Numbered from the stretch's first letter, positions 37,124 through 44,791 are shown. The stretch: DNA of 45,085 bases from an uncultured Rikenellaceae bacterium (GCA_964396955.1 CAYNGW010000001.1:1-45085), one strand, 5' to 3'. Numbers and translations are program-made. The notes: generated from the sequence alone by a model not told the origin.

Positions 37124-37480
37124 TTATTCAACAATTTCTGCATTATCGAATTTCTGCGACTGGAAATTGACCCTTGAATGCTGCACTCTTCTCACGGTCC
37201 TACCACCGAAAAAGCCCCAGCCACCGCTTCCCAGAAGAAATCCGAGCGCGTACAAACCGCCATTATTATTCTGTGCATACATGGTTATTTCATCATTGAA
37301 TAGCATGCCGACAAAATCAAAAGGAGCAATGAACCCGTGCCACAGACCTCCGAAAAAACCATATGTATGCCCGGTCAGGCACTGATCAACTATTTCATTA
37401 TGAGCACATCCGGAAAGAAAAATGAGAATCATAAAAATAGAAAAGAACAGAAAATATTTCTGATTATAAAAGGTTTTCAT
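37124..37480 (-). CDS. small hypothetical lipoprotein, Gly-rich
   Basis: Signal peptide with lipobox (ILIFLSGCAH) and glycine-zipper-like stretches (GFFGGLWHGF, GFLLGSGGWGFFGG). No family recognised. Confidence 0.5.
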   Translation of the reverse strand: MKTFYNQKYFLFFSIFMILIFLSGCAHNEIVDQCLTGHTYGFFGGLWHGFIAPFDFVGMLFNDEITMYAQNNNGGLYALGFLLGSGGWGFFGGRTVRRVQHSRVNFQSQKFDNAEIVE

Positions 37481-37509
37481 TGTGTAAATATTAGTGATTA
37501 AATCCTGAG

Positions 37510-38046
37510 TTAATATGCAAACAAATCCAGATCGATGGCTTTACCGGAGAATTTCCTTTCATGGTCAAGGAGCCATTTCTTCCTTTTCAATCCCCCGCCA
37601 TAACCAACCAGACTTCCGTCGGATCCGATAACCCTGTGGCATGGGATGATTAAAGCTATCCTGTTTGTGCCGTTTGCTTGGGCAACAGCCCTTATCGCCC
37701 CGGGATTTTTTATTGATTTAGCCTGCTCCAGGTACGATTTTGTAGATCCATAAGGGATTTTCAGCAATTCATTCCAGGCTGCCTTCTGGAATTCAGTGCC
37801 CGGTGTCACAAGAGAAAGTGAAAACTCTTTTCTCTTGCCTTTGAAATACTCCTTCAGCTGCTTTTTAAGCATTCTGAGATGTTTGTTGCTGCCCTCTTTG
37901 ACCGGAGAATTAAAAAGTTTTGTGAGGTTATCATACACAGCTTCTGAGGCAGCTCTTTCCGGGAATTCAAGAAGGCATATGCCGTCCCGTGTAGCGGCGG
38001 CGATCATTTCTCCGAGAGGAGTTTCGATTTTAGTTGTTTTTATCAT
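37510..38046 (-). CDS. ogt: methylated-DNA--protein-cysteine methyltransferase
   Basis: Active-site IPCHRVIGSDGSLVGYGGG, preceded by the WNELLKIPYGSTKSY helix-turn-helix region. Confidence 0.92.
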   Translation of the reverse strand: MIKTTKIETPLGEMIAAATRDGICLLEFPERAASEAVYDNLTKLFNSPVKEGSNKHLRMLKKQLKEYFKGKRKEFSLSLVTPGTEFQKAAWNELLKIPYGSTKSYLEQAKSIKNPGAIRAVAQANGTNRIALIIPCHRVIGSDGSLVGYGGGLKRKKWLLDHERKFSGKAIDLDLFAY

Positions 38047-38065
38047 AAAAAATCTTGCTGTCGTT

Positions 38066-38089
38066 CAATCATGCAATCATGCGATCTAT
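38066..38089. repeat. octad array CAATCATG x2 plus one decayed unit
   Basis: caatcatg / caatcatg / cgatctat. The third unit contains the stop codon of the 38086-38508 gene. Confidence 0.6.
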
Positions 38090-38508
38090 TTTTCAAATCT
38101 CCTGGAAGTCGATTTTATATATCTAATATTCCTGAAACGCATGGCCGACCAGTTTTCATCAATTGAGACCATCCTTATCCCGTGGAAGCCCAGATCATTC
38201 AGGGCACTCCACCCGCAGTCACGTTCAGGCCCTGAGGAATACAATTTAGAGTTCTTTTTGGGATAACAGAACCATAATATGCCATCGGCTGTTAGATTAT
38301 GAAGAGCCATTGGTGCAAAGCGACTGACTTCAGAGACGGACCTGACAAATATGATTATGAACTCATAGGGACAACGCTGATCTATCTCATTATCAGTGAT
38401 TACGCCTATAAGCTCCCTGGAAATTGCCCGGAAAAAGAATTCTTCAGCATTGATAACCGCAATTCTTTTGTAATCCTTGTAATTAAGTTTCCTCAGGAGC
38501 TCTTCCAT
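38086..38508 (-). CDS. conserved hypothetical cytoplasmic protein
   Basis: 140 aa. The pattern WFCYPKKNSKLYSS...RDCGW...GFHGIRMVSIDENWSAMRFR recurs in a small uncharacterised family (possibly DUF3052-like, from memory only). Confidence 0.5.
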   Translation of the reverse strand: MEELLRKLNYKDYKRIAVINAEEFFFRAISRELIGVITDNEIDQRCPYEFIIIFVRSVSEVSRFAPMALHNLTADGILWFCYPKKNSKLYSSGPERDCGWSALNDLGFHGIRMVSIDENWSAMRFRNIRYIKSTSRRFEK

Positions 38509-38568
38509 CTCAGGTTTGAATTATTAGGCTAATTTAAAAAAAAATTGATAAACCGGATAAAAGGTTTT

Positions 38569-38576
38569 ACCTTTGT
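38569..38576 (+). promoter_or_regulatory. -7 promoter box TACCTTTG (with a TTG at 38546-38548) driving the riboswitch-led thiamine operon
   Basis: Exact TAnnTTTG match with a TTG 20 nt upstream. The riboswitch aptamer begins a few nt downstream. Confidence 0.55.
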
Positions 38577-38577
38577 A

Positions 38578-38668
38578 TTCTCGGAAAATGGGGTGCCTCA
38601 AAATTACGGGCTGAGATCAAACCCTTTGTACCTGATCCGGATAATGCCGGCGTAGGAAAAGAAAGTAT
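38578..38668 (+). promoter_or_regulatory. TPP (THI-box) riboswitch
   Basis: Conserved cores GGGGTGCC ... GCTGAGA ... ACCCTTTGTACCTGATCCGGATAATGCCGGCGTAGGAA are in the canonical order and spacing. The genes downstream are thiamine-uptake genes. Confidence 0.88.
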
Positions 38669-38729
38669 AGCCACGTGACCTTTTAAATAAGCAAACCTCA
38701 TTTTCCTGAGACATTAGTTTAATTTGAAA

Positions 38730-41111
38730 ATGATGAAAAGGTTTACGTTATTAATATTCGTATTCGTCGTCACTTTTTCTGATGTGTCAGCGTTTCAGAA
38801 CCAGGGCTCGGTTATCCGTGGCAGAGTCACTGACGTTTCAGGAAATCCTTTTGCAGGGGCGACGGTAGCAATTGAAAATACATCAATTGGAGTTCAAACT
38901 GATTATGATGGCAATTACTCAATTACCGGACTAAGAGACGGAAGTTATACCATCAGGTTTTCCTATATAGGTTATGAGACCATGGTAAAAGAGGTTACGG
39001 TAAAAGAGGATATTGTTGTAAATATAATACTTTCAGAAAAGACTTATATGACAGAAGAAGTTCTGGTAAGCGCCACAAGAGCCGGGGAGCATACGCCATT
39101 GACCTACACCACAGTAAACAAAGAAGACATAAAAAAGAATAATATTGTTCAGGATATTCCATTTATAATGAATTACACTCCTTCCATGGTTGTTTCTTCG
39201 GATGCAGGGACAGGCGTGGGATATACAAGTTTAAACATACGTGGTAGCGATACAAGGAGGATCAATGTGACTATAGATGGTATACCTGTAAATGATGCTG
39301 AGTCGCATGGAGTCTGGTGGGTAGATCTGCCGGATATTGCATCATCTGCCGATAATATTCAGATACAGCGCGGTGTTGGCACTTCAACCAACGGAGCCGG
39401 TGCATTCGGCGCTACAATAAATATACAAACATCAGCATTGAACCGTGAACCTTATGCTGAAATCAACTCGTCATTCGGGTCCTTCAACACATTAAAAAAT
39501 ACTGCAAACTTCGGAACCGGATTAATAGTTAATAAATTTGCTGTTGATGCCCGTTTATCCAAAATATCGTCTGATGGATATATCGACCGGGCTTTCAGCG
39601 ATTTAAAGTCGTTTTATCTATCCGGGACATATTACAGTAATAAAAGCATTTTGAAACTTCTTGTTTTTTCAGGCTCAGAACGTACTTACCAGGCATGGCT
39701 GGGTGTTCCTAAAGATTCTCTTATAAAAAACAGGACTTATAATCCATACAGCTATGAAAATGAAACAGATAATTACTGGCAGGATAATTACCAGCTACAT
39801 TATTCACAAAGGATAAATGATTTCTTACATATTGATGCAGCCCTTCATTATACAAGAGGAAAAGGATATTATGAAAATTTTAAACCGGATTCAAAACTCA
39901 TTTCGTATGGTCTTGATGATAAAATAATTAATAATGATACTGTTACCAGAACAGATATTATAGTCCAGAAATGGCTCGATAATGATTTTTATGGGTTTAC
40001 TTACTCTATTAATTATGAAAAGAACAGGTTCAATCTGTTAATTGGTGGAAGCTGGAATAATTATGACGGGGACCATTTTGGAGATATAATCTGGGCCAGG
40101 ATCGTAACTTTTAACGGCGAGAAGTATCGCTGGTATAACGGGACAGGAGATAAAAAGGATTTGAATTCTTACATGAAAATTAATTATTCACTGGCTGCAG
40201 GTTTAAATCTTTATACAGATTTACAATTGCGTCATATTAATTATGTAATAAAGGGAATTGACGACAATTTAAAGGATATTACTCAGGATCATTTGTATAA
40301 CTTCTTTAATCCTAAGGCCGGGATATTGTACAGTCTCAGTAAACAACAAAAAGTCTATGCTTCGTTTGGGATATCCCAGAGAGAACCTGACAGATCGAAT
40401 TTTACTGATGCCGATCCGGGTAAAACACCAAAACCGGAAAAACTGTATGACCTTGAAACAGGTTATGAATTAAGCTCATCAAAAGTCATGTTAAAAGCGA
40501 ATCTCTACTATATGCATTATAAAGACCAGTTGATCTCCACCGGCGAAATTAACAATGTCGGAGATCCTATATTGACTAATGTATCAAGAAGTTACAGAAT
40601 GGGGATTGAACTTGAATCCAGTTTAAAGATAATACAGAATCTGAACTGGTATGGTAATGTAACTTTCAGCAGAAATATTATTCCGCTTTTTGTTGATTAT
40701 ACAGATAACTGGGATACCTGGAGCCAGGAAAGTGATAATCTTAAAAATAAAACGATATCTTTTTCGCCATCAGTAATTGCATGCTCCATATTTGATTATG
40801 AACCTTTCAATGAGGTCCATCTGAATCTGACTACCAAATATGTCGGGAAACAGTATATTGATAATACCCAGGATGCTGAAAGGATGCTAAATGGATATCT
40901 GGTACAGAACCTTTCATTATCCTATACATTAACGACCAAAACAGTTAAAAAGCTTGTTTTTCAGTTAATGGTGAATAATCTCTTTAATCACAAATATGAA
41001 TCATATGCATGGGTTTATAAATACATAGAGGGTGGTACTCAAAAGATAATGGATGGATATTTCCCACAGGCCGGTATAAATATTATGATAAAAGCAGGTT
41101 TGACTTTCTGA
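38730..41111 (+). CDS. TonB-dependent outer-membrane receptor with N-terminal carboxypeptidase-regulatory-like domain
   Basis: Signal peptide. CarbopepD_reg-like IRGRVTDVSGNPFAGATVAIENTSIGVQTDYDGNYSI. Plug domain (RGSDTRRINVTIDGIPVND). Beta-barrel ending in the aromatic terminus ...AGLTF. The start is set at ATG 38730. Confidence 0.9.
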   Translation: MMKRFTLLIFVFVVTFSDVSAFQNQGSVIRGRVTDVSGNPFAGATVAIENTSIGVQTDYDGNYSITGLRDGSYTIRFSYIGYETMVKEVTVKEDIVVNIILSEKTYMTEEVLVSATRAGEHTPLTYTTVNKEDIKKNNIVQDIPFIMNYTPSMVVSSDAGTGVGYTSLNIRGSDTRRINVTIDGIPVNDAESHGVWWVDLPDIASSADNIQIQRGVGTSTNGAGAFGATINIQTSALNREPYAEINSSFGSFNTLKNTANFGTGLIVNKFAVDARLSKISSDGYIDRAFSDLKSFYLSGTYYSNKSILKLLVFSGSERTYQAWLGVPKDSLIKNRTYNPYSYENETDNYWQDNYQLHYSQRINDFLHIDAALHYTRGKGYYENFKPDSKLISYGLDDKIINNDTVTRTDIIVQKWLDNDFYGFTYSINYEKNRFNLLIGGSWNNYDGDHFGDIIWARIVTFNGEKYRWYNGTGDKKDLNSYMKINYSLAAGLNLYTDLQLRHINYVIKGIDDNLKDITQDHLYNFFNPKAGILYSLSKQQKVYASFGISQREPDRSNFTDADPGKTPKPEKLYDLETGYELSSSKVMLKANLYYMHYKDQLISTGEINNVGDPILTNVSRSYRMGIELESSLKIIQNLNWYGNVTFSRNIIPLFVDYTDNWDTWSQESDNLKNKTISFSPSVIACSIFDYEPFNEVHLNLTTKYVGKQYIDNTQDAERMLNGYLVQNLSLSYTLTTKTVKKLVFQLMVNNLFNHKYESYAWVYKYIEGGTQKIMDGYFPQAGINIMIKAGLTF

Positions 41112-41128
41112 TTCTAAGCATCCGGACT

Positions 41129-41887
41129 ATGTGGTTTTCTAACTGGCTATCAAATAACTATATCGAAGTCTTCGGGGCTGTTACCGGTATTATTTATGTC
41201 ATACTGGAAATAAGGCAGAACATATGGTTATGGCCGGTAGGAATAGCGACTTCGGCAGTTTATATATGGGTGTTCTTTACGAGTAAATTTTATGCTGACA
41301 TGAGTCTGCAGGGGTACTACCTGGTTATAAGTGTACTGGGGTGGTACTGGTGGATAAAGGGCGGAGGGCGGATGGCGGAGGGCGAAGGGCAAGAGGCGCA
41401 GAGCTCAGGGCGCAGGGCTCAGGGCGCAGGGCAGAAGGCAAAGGGCGAAGAGCAGGGGGCGCAGAACGCAGAGCTAATGGCGCAGGGCGAAGAACAACTA
41501 GATGCTGATACAGAGCTCCCCTCCTCGGAGGAGTTGGGGGTGGGTATTGAAAGACCTGGAAAACTTAAAGTAACAAGAATAAGTCTAAAAACTACGCTTA
41601 TTCTCTCGGCTGTATTTTTGGCTCTTCTTGCAGTTATGTATCTGGTGCTTGACAGACTCACGGATTCACCGGTGCCTTTCTGGGATTCGTTTATTACAAC
41701 TCTGTCAATTATAGCCACATGGATGCTTGCCAGGAAGATTTACGAACACTGGTATCTGTGGATCGTTGTTAATGCTGCTTCAGTACTGTTGTTTTATACG
41801 AGAGGGCTTTACCCGACTGTCGTGCTTTACATTATTTATTGTGCCATGTCGTTTGTGGGCCTTAATGAATGGAAACGTACACTCTGA
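41129..41887 (+). CDS. pnuC: PnuC-family transporter (thiamine-type PnuT by context) carrying an in-frame ~60-aa low-complexity insertion
   Basis: Seven TM helices in a 3+1+3 layout. WYWW motif after TM3. Located in a TPP-riboswitch operon next to TPK. The TM3-TM4 loop contains GRMAEGEGQEAQSSGRRAQGAGQKAKGEEQGAQNAELMAQGEEQLDADTELPSSEELGVG. Confidence 0.85.
   Translation: MWFSNWLSNNYIEVFGAVTGIIYVILEIRQNIWLWPVGIATSAVYIWVFFTSKFYADMSLQGYYLVISVLGWYWWIKGGGRMAEGEGQEAQSSGRRAQGAGQKAKGEEQGAQNAELMAQGEEQLDADTELPSSEELGVGIERPGKLKVTRISLKTTLILSAVFLALLAVMYLVLDRLTDSPVPFWDSFITTLSIIATWMLARKIYEHWYLWIVVNAASVLLFYTRGLYPTVVLYIIYCAMSFVGLNEWKRTL
41355..41494 (+). repeat. heptad array x20 (consensus CGCAGGG) inside the PnuC-family CDS
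   Basis: taaaggg cggaggg cggatgg cggaggg cgaaggg caagagg cgcagag ctcaggg cgcaggg ctcaggg cgcaggg cagaagg caaaggg cgaagag caggggg cgcagaa cgcagag ctaatgg cgcaggg cgaagaa. The register is unbroken for 140 nt. It is followed by the palindrome CCCCTCCTCGGAGGAGTTGGGGG (41518-41540). Confidence 0.9.
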
Positions 41888-42011
41888 CAGTTCATGTAAT
41901 GTAATATCTCTGCCGACAGCAAAAGCGATTTTCTTAAGTTCAGACATCAGTCGGTCAAACTCATCAATAGATTTAAAGAAATAATGTAACTTTATTAATC
42001 ACATACTTATT

Positions 42012-42632
42012 ATGTCGTTAAAAACTGTGATTCTGGCAAACGGACAATTTCCGGAGAATGAGATCCCGAGGAATTTTCTTATGAATGCTGAAGTGATTGT
42101 ATGCTGCGATGGAGCAGCTGTGACACTTGTTCAGTATGGACTTGAGCCTTCAGCAATTGTGGGGGATTGTGATTCGATTGATGATGAGATTATTAACAGA
42201 TATGCAGACCGGATATACAAAGACGATGAACAGGAAACTAACGATCTGACCAAAGCAGTAAAATGGTGCTCAGAAAAGGGGTATAAAGATATTGTTATTC
42301 TCGGGGCAACAGGCAAACGGGATGATCATACCCTGGGAAACATATCGCTGCTTGCTGAATATGCACAATTCGTGAACATAAAAATGGTTACTGATACCGG
42401 GATCTTTTATCCTGCTCTTGAAAGCAGCAGATTTGAAACTTCACCTGGTCAGCAGATTTCAATTTTCTCTATAAATCCTGATACCGAAATAATCTCATCG
42501 GGTTTGAAGTACCCACTTAATAAGAGAAAATTAAAAAACTGGTGGGAAGCAACACTGAATGAGGCTGTAGGTAATTCATTTGAATTGAAATTTGACAGGG
42601 GAAAAGTAATTGTATTTATGGAATTTAAGTAA
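42012..42632 (+). CDS. thiamine diphosphokinase (TPK)
   Basis: IVGDCDSIDD, DQETNDLTKAV and ILGATGKRDDHTLGNI motifs. C-terminal thiamine-binding beta domain. 206 aa. Confidence 0.88.
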   Translation: MSLKTVILANGQFPENEIPRNFLMNAEVIVCCDGAAVTLVQYGLEPSAIVGDCDSIDDEIINRYADRIYKDDEQETNDLTKAVKWCSEKGYKDIVILGATGKRDDHTLGNISLLAEYAQFVNIKMVTDTGIFYPALESSRFETSPGQQISIFSINPDTEIISSGLKYPLNKRKLKNWWEATLNEAVGNSFELKFDRGKVIVFMEFK

Positions 42633-42635
42633 AAA

Positions 42636-42733
42636 GTCCTGCAGGTCTTGCCAGTCCTGCCAGTCTTGCATGTCATTTAACCCGAGAGGACCTGCACGAC
42701 CTGCATGACCTGCATGACTTGCATGACAATCTC
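42636..42733. repeat. two nonamer arrays (GTCYTGCMn x4-5 and GACYTGCAY x4-5) filling the spacer between the convergent TPK and LuxR-type genes
   Basis: gtcctgcag / gtcttgcca / gtcctgcca / gtcttgcat / gtcatttaa, then cccgagag, then gacctgcac / gacctgcat / gacctgcat / gacttgcat / gacaatctc. It starts 4 nt after the TPK stop and runs into the LuxR-type stop codon. Confidence 0.85.
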
Positions 42734-43664
42734 ACTGCTTGGTTTCTTCTTTTACCAGGGTTATCAGCTGCACCCTGCTCCTGACATTAGTTTTAATATA
42801 TATCCTGTGAGTATGATCCTTCACAGTCTGCAGGCTGATAAATAGCTTGTCTGCTATCTCTTTATTGCTGAGCCCATTGCAGATCTCCCGCACGATATCC
42901 GTTTCACGTGGCGATACATCAAATTTTCTGCAGAATTCCTCAAATGACAGTTCCTTCCCCGGTTCCGTGGTAAATGCAGACATCAGCGTACCGTAAGTGA
43001 AATAGACCGGGAGAAATGCATTGCCGGTAAAGAATGTCAGGATAAAGAGCAGGGCTATATAAACAGATATTGTATAGAAAAAAAGAGGAATGCATTGTAA
43101 AAGCATTACAGTTAAGATAGCTGTAGCAATTATCCTCCTGTCATACGCGTGAATGAATGACTTTCCCTTCTTTGGAAATATTATCAGGATTGAAGCAAAA
43201 GAGGAATAGATAAAATTCATGCCGATAAAATAGTAACGTATCAGGTCTTCAGGTTCAATTGATTTTTCTTCGGCGACATAATAGCCTAAAGTGATTATTA
43301 TCGCGAAATTGACAAGAAGGAACCAAAGAAAGTGCCAGTTATTATACTTTCTTCCTGAAATTTCTCCTGAGAACCTGATGAGCATAAGCCAGGCAAAAAC
43401 CAGAAAGGGAAATCCAAGAAGAAGGGAGATATTGGTAAAGCGTTCAATCAGGTTTGAATCTATATAGGGAGAGAGAAAAGCTTTAATGATCACCTGACCC
43501 CAGATTCCATAAAATCCGAATGTAAAGATGAAAACCAGGAAATACAGCAGAGATGAGAAAATTTCACTCCTGTACCTGTTCCTCAGCCGTGATGCCAGGA
43601 CCACGCTTCCAGCGGCCAGAGCTACCGATAAGAAAAAAACCAGCCAAACCAGATATTTGAGCAT
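42732..43664 (-). CDS. membrane-embedded LuxR/GerE-type transcription regulator (about 7 TM helices plus a C-terminal HTH)
   Basis: The N-terminal ~230 aa are almost entirely hydrophobic helices. The C-terminus is SPRETDIVREICNGLSNKEIADKLFISLQTVKDHTHRIYIKTNVRSRVQL, a LuxR-type HTH. Confidence 0.75.
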   Translation of the reverse strand: MLKYLVWLVFFLSVALAAGSVVLASRLRNRYRSEIFSSLLYFLVFIFTFGFYGIWGQVIIKAFLSPYIDSNLIERFTNISLLLGFPFLVFAWLMLIRFSGEISGRKYNNWHFLWFLLVNFAIIITLGYYVAEEKSIEPEDLIRYYFIGMNFIYSSFASILIIFPKKGKSFIHAYDRRIIATAILTVMLLQCIPLFFYTISVYIALLFILTFFTGNAFLPVYFTYGTLMSAFTTEPGKELSFEEFCRKFDVSPRETDIVREICNGLSNKEIADKLFISLQTVKDHTHRIYIKTNVRSRVQLITLVKEETKQ

Positions 43665-43687
43665 AATAATATAAAGGTATTCAGATT

Positions 43688-43722
43688 ATTTCGGATTTCG
43701 GATTGTCGATTGCGGATTTTTT
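43688..43722. repeat. heptad array ATTnnGG x5 in the promoter region of the LuxR-type gene
   Basis: atttcgg / atttcgg / attgtcg / attgcgg / atttttt, 24-58 nt upstream of the ATG at 43664 on the minus strand. Confidence 0.7.
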
Positions 43723-43745
43723 ACCTGTTGTCAATCGGCAATTAC

Positions 43746-43774
43746 TACTAAAGTATTGCCATCATACTAAAGTA
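43746..43774. promoter_or_regulatory. direct repeat TACTAAAGTA x2 (19-nt spacing) in the divergent promoter region; candidate operator
   Basis: Identical 10-mers at 43746-43755 and 43765-43774, between the LuxR-type gene and the divergent membrane-protein gene. Confidence 0.3.
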
Positions 43775-43826
43775 GGAAATAAAAAAAACACTACAATAGT
43801 ATGAAGCCCATGGAAAAAACAGGCTT

Positions 43827-43834
43827 TACATTTG
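43827..43834 (+). promoter_or_regulatory. -7 promoter box TACATTTG
   Basis: Exact TAnnTTTG match 42 nt upstream of the ATG at 43877. Confidence 0.45.
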
Positions 43835-43876
43835 TCTCGTATTGTGAACGCAAGTATTAATTAATAATTCTGAAAT

Positions 43877-44623
43877 ATGGAAACAAGTAATGAGTACAAA
43901 TTGAAACCAACATTTGGCAACAGCTTTGGTACAGGATGGAGAGTAATGACAGATAACTTTATCAGACTGCTTCTGATAGTTATTATCCTGGCTATAGTGA
44001 CGGGTCCCTCGACAATAGTGAATTTTAATTTCGATAAAAATGATCTTCACAGGGTGCCATGGGAATGGACAAGAAATATAGACGGTATTATAAACTGGGC
44101 TTCAATAGGCATGATGGCAGCGTTCTTCGGACTTATTGCCCTGCTGTTCACTTTCTTTGTTGTACCTGTATTTGAATACGGGGCTGATATGACCTTTGTT
44201 CAGGCTGTAAGGAAAATCAAACCTGATTTTGAACTGCTTATAAGAGGCTTCTGGCAGAATTACCTTCATATTGTCCTGGCGAATCTGCTGGTGTCGGCAC
44301 TCGTAATACTGGGATGCTTTGCCCTGATCATACCTGGAATAATTATCGGCTGCCGGCTGGTTTTTGTATCATATATAGTGATGGACAAAAGGCTCGATCC
44401 CATTGAAGCTGTTGAATTAAGCTGGAAACTTACAAGGGGGCATGGATGGAGGATCTTCGCAATGGGATTTGTATCATGTTTCATCCTGCTATTCGGGCTA
44501 ATATTTTTTATAGTAGGTATATTCCCTGCAATAATGTGGGTTTCAAGTTCCTTTGCAACTCTTTATCAGTCAGTACTTAACGAAAAGGAAAAACCTGCAG
44601 AGCAACCGGTACTGGCACAATAA
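43877..44623 (+). CDS. hypothetical integral membrane protein
   Basis: 248 aa with 5-6 TM helices. The general look resembles DUF975/YciC-like membrane proteins (AVELSWKLTRGHGWRIF), but the family is not securely recognised. Confidence 0.5.
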   Translation: METSNEYKLKPTFGNSFGTGWRVMTDNFIRLLLIVIILAIVTGPSTIVNFNFDKNDLHRVPWEWTRNIDGIINWASIGMMAAFFGLIALLFTFFVVPVFEYGADMTFVQAVRKIKPDFELLIRGFWQNYLHIVLANLLVSALVILGCFALIIPGIIIGCRLVFVSYIVMDKRLDPIEAVELSWKLTRGHGWRIFAMGFVSCFILLFGLIFFIVGIFPAIMWVSSSFATLYQSVLNEKEKPAEQPVLAQ

Positions 44624-44656
44624 CGGCATTCAGTTTTCTTTCTTAATATGTTTTCT

Positions 44657-44690
44657 CCTGCCGCGGGCTTTGCCCCGGCAGGTTTTTTTT
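44657..44690 (+). terminator. rho-independent terminator
   Basis: CCTGCCGCGGG / CCCCGGCAGG stem (10 bp with one bulge), a 5-nt loop, then T8. It lies 34 nt after the stop at 44623. Confidence 0.8.
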
Positions 44691-44791
44691 ATTTAAATTG
44701 TATAACTTTATAGCCTGGTTGTTCAAAAAGATACATCCGACTTCCCTTTGATTACATACTGAAAAAATAAAGCCATCACAGATTCTGTATT

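Noticed and set aside
36739-37143. 134-aa ORF as a gene.
   Set aside because: Only its middle (ALQDAQRAL...GFSAGG) is real esterase sequence. The ends are out-of-frame read-through of a decayed gene whose true signal peptide and C-terminus lie in other frames.
41897-41985. Protein-like minus-strand reading (FKSIDEFDRLMSELKKIAFAVGRDITLHEL) in the pnuC-TPK spacer; possibly a gene remnant or small ORF.
   Set aside because: There is no start codon after the upstream in-frame stop. The rest of the frame runs antisense into the pnuC 3' end. I recognise no family. It cannot be supported as a feature.
44607-44622. A second GG-N10-GC sigma-54-like match (TGGCACAATAACGGCA).
   Set aside because: The -12 region is CGGCA rather than TTGCA. 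It lies inside the last codons of the 43877-44623 CDS, and a strong terminator follows it before any gene.
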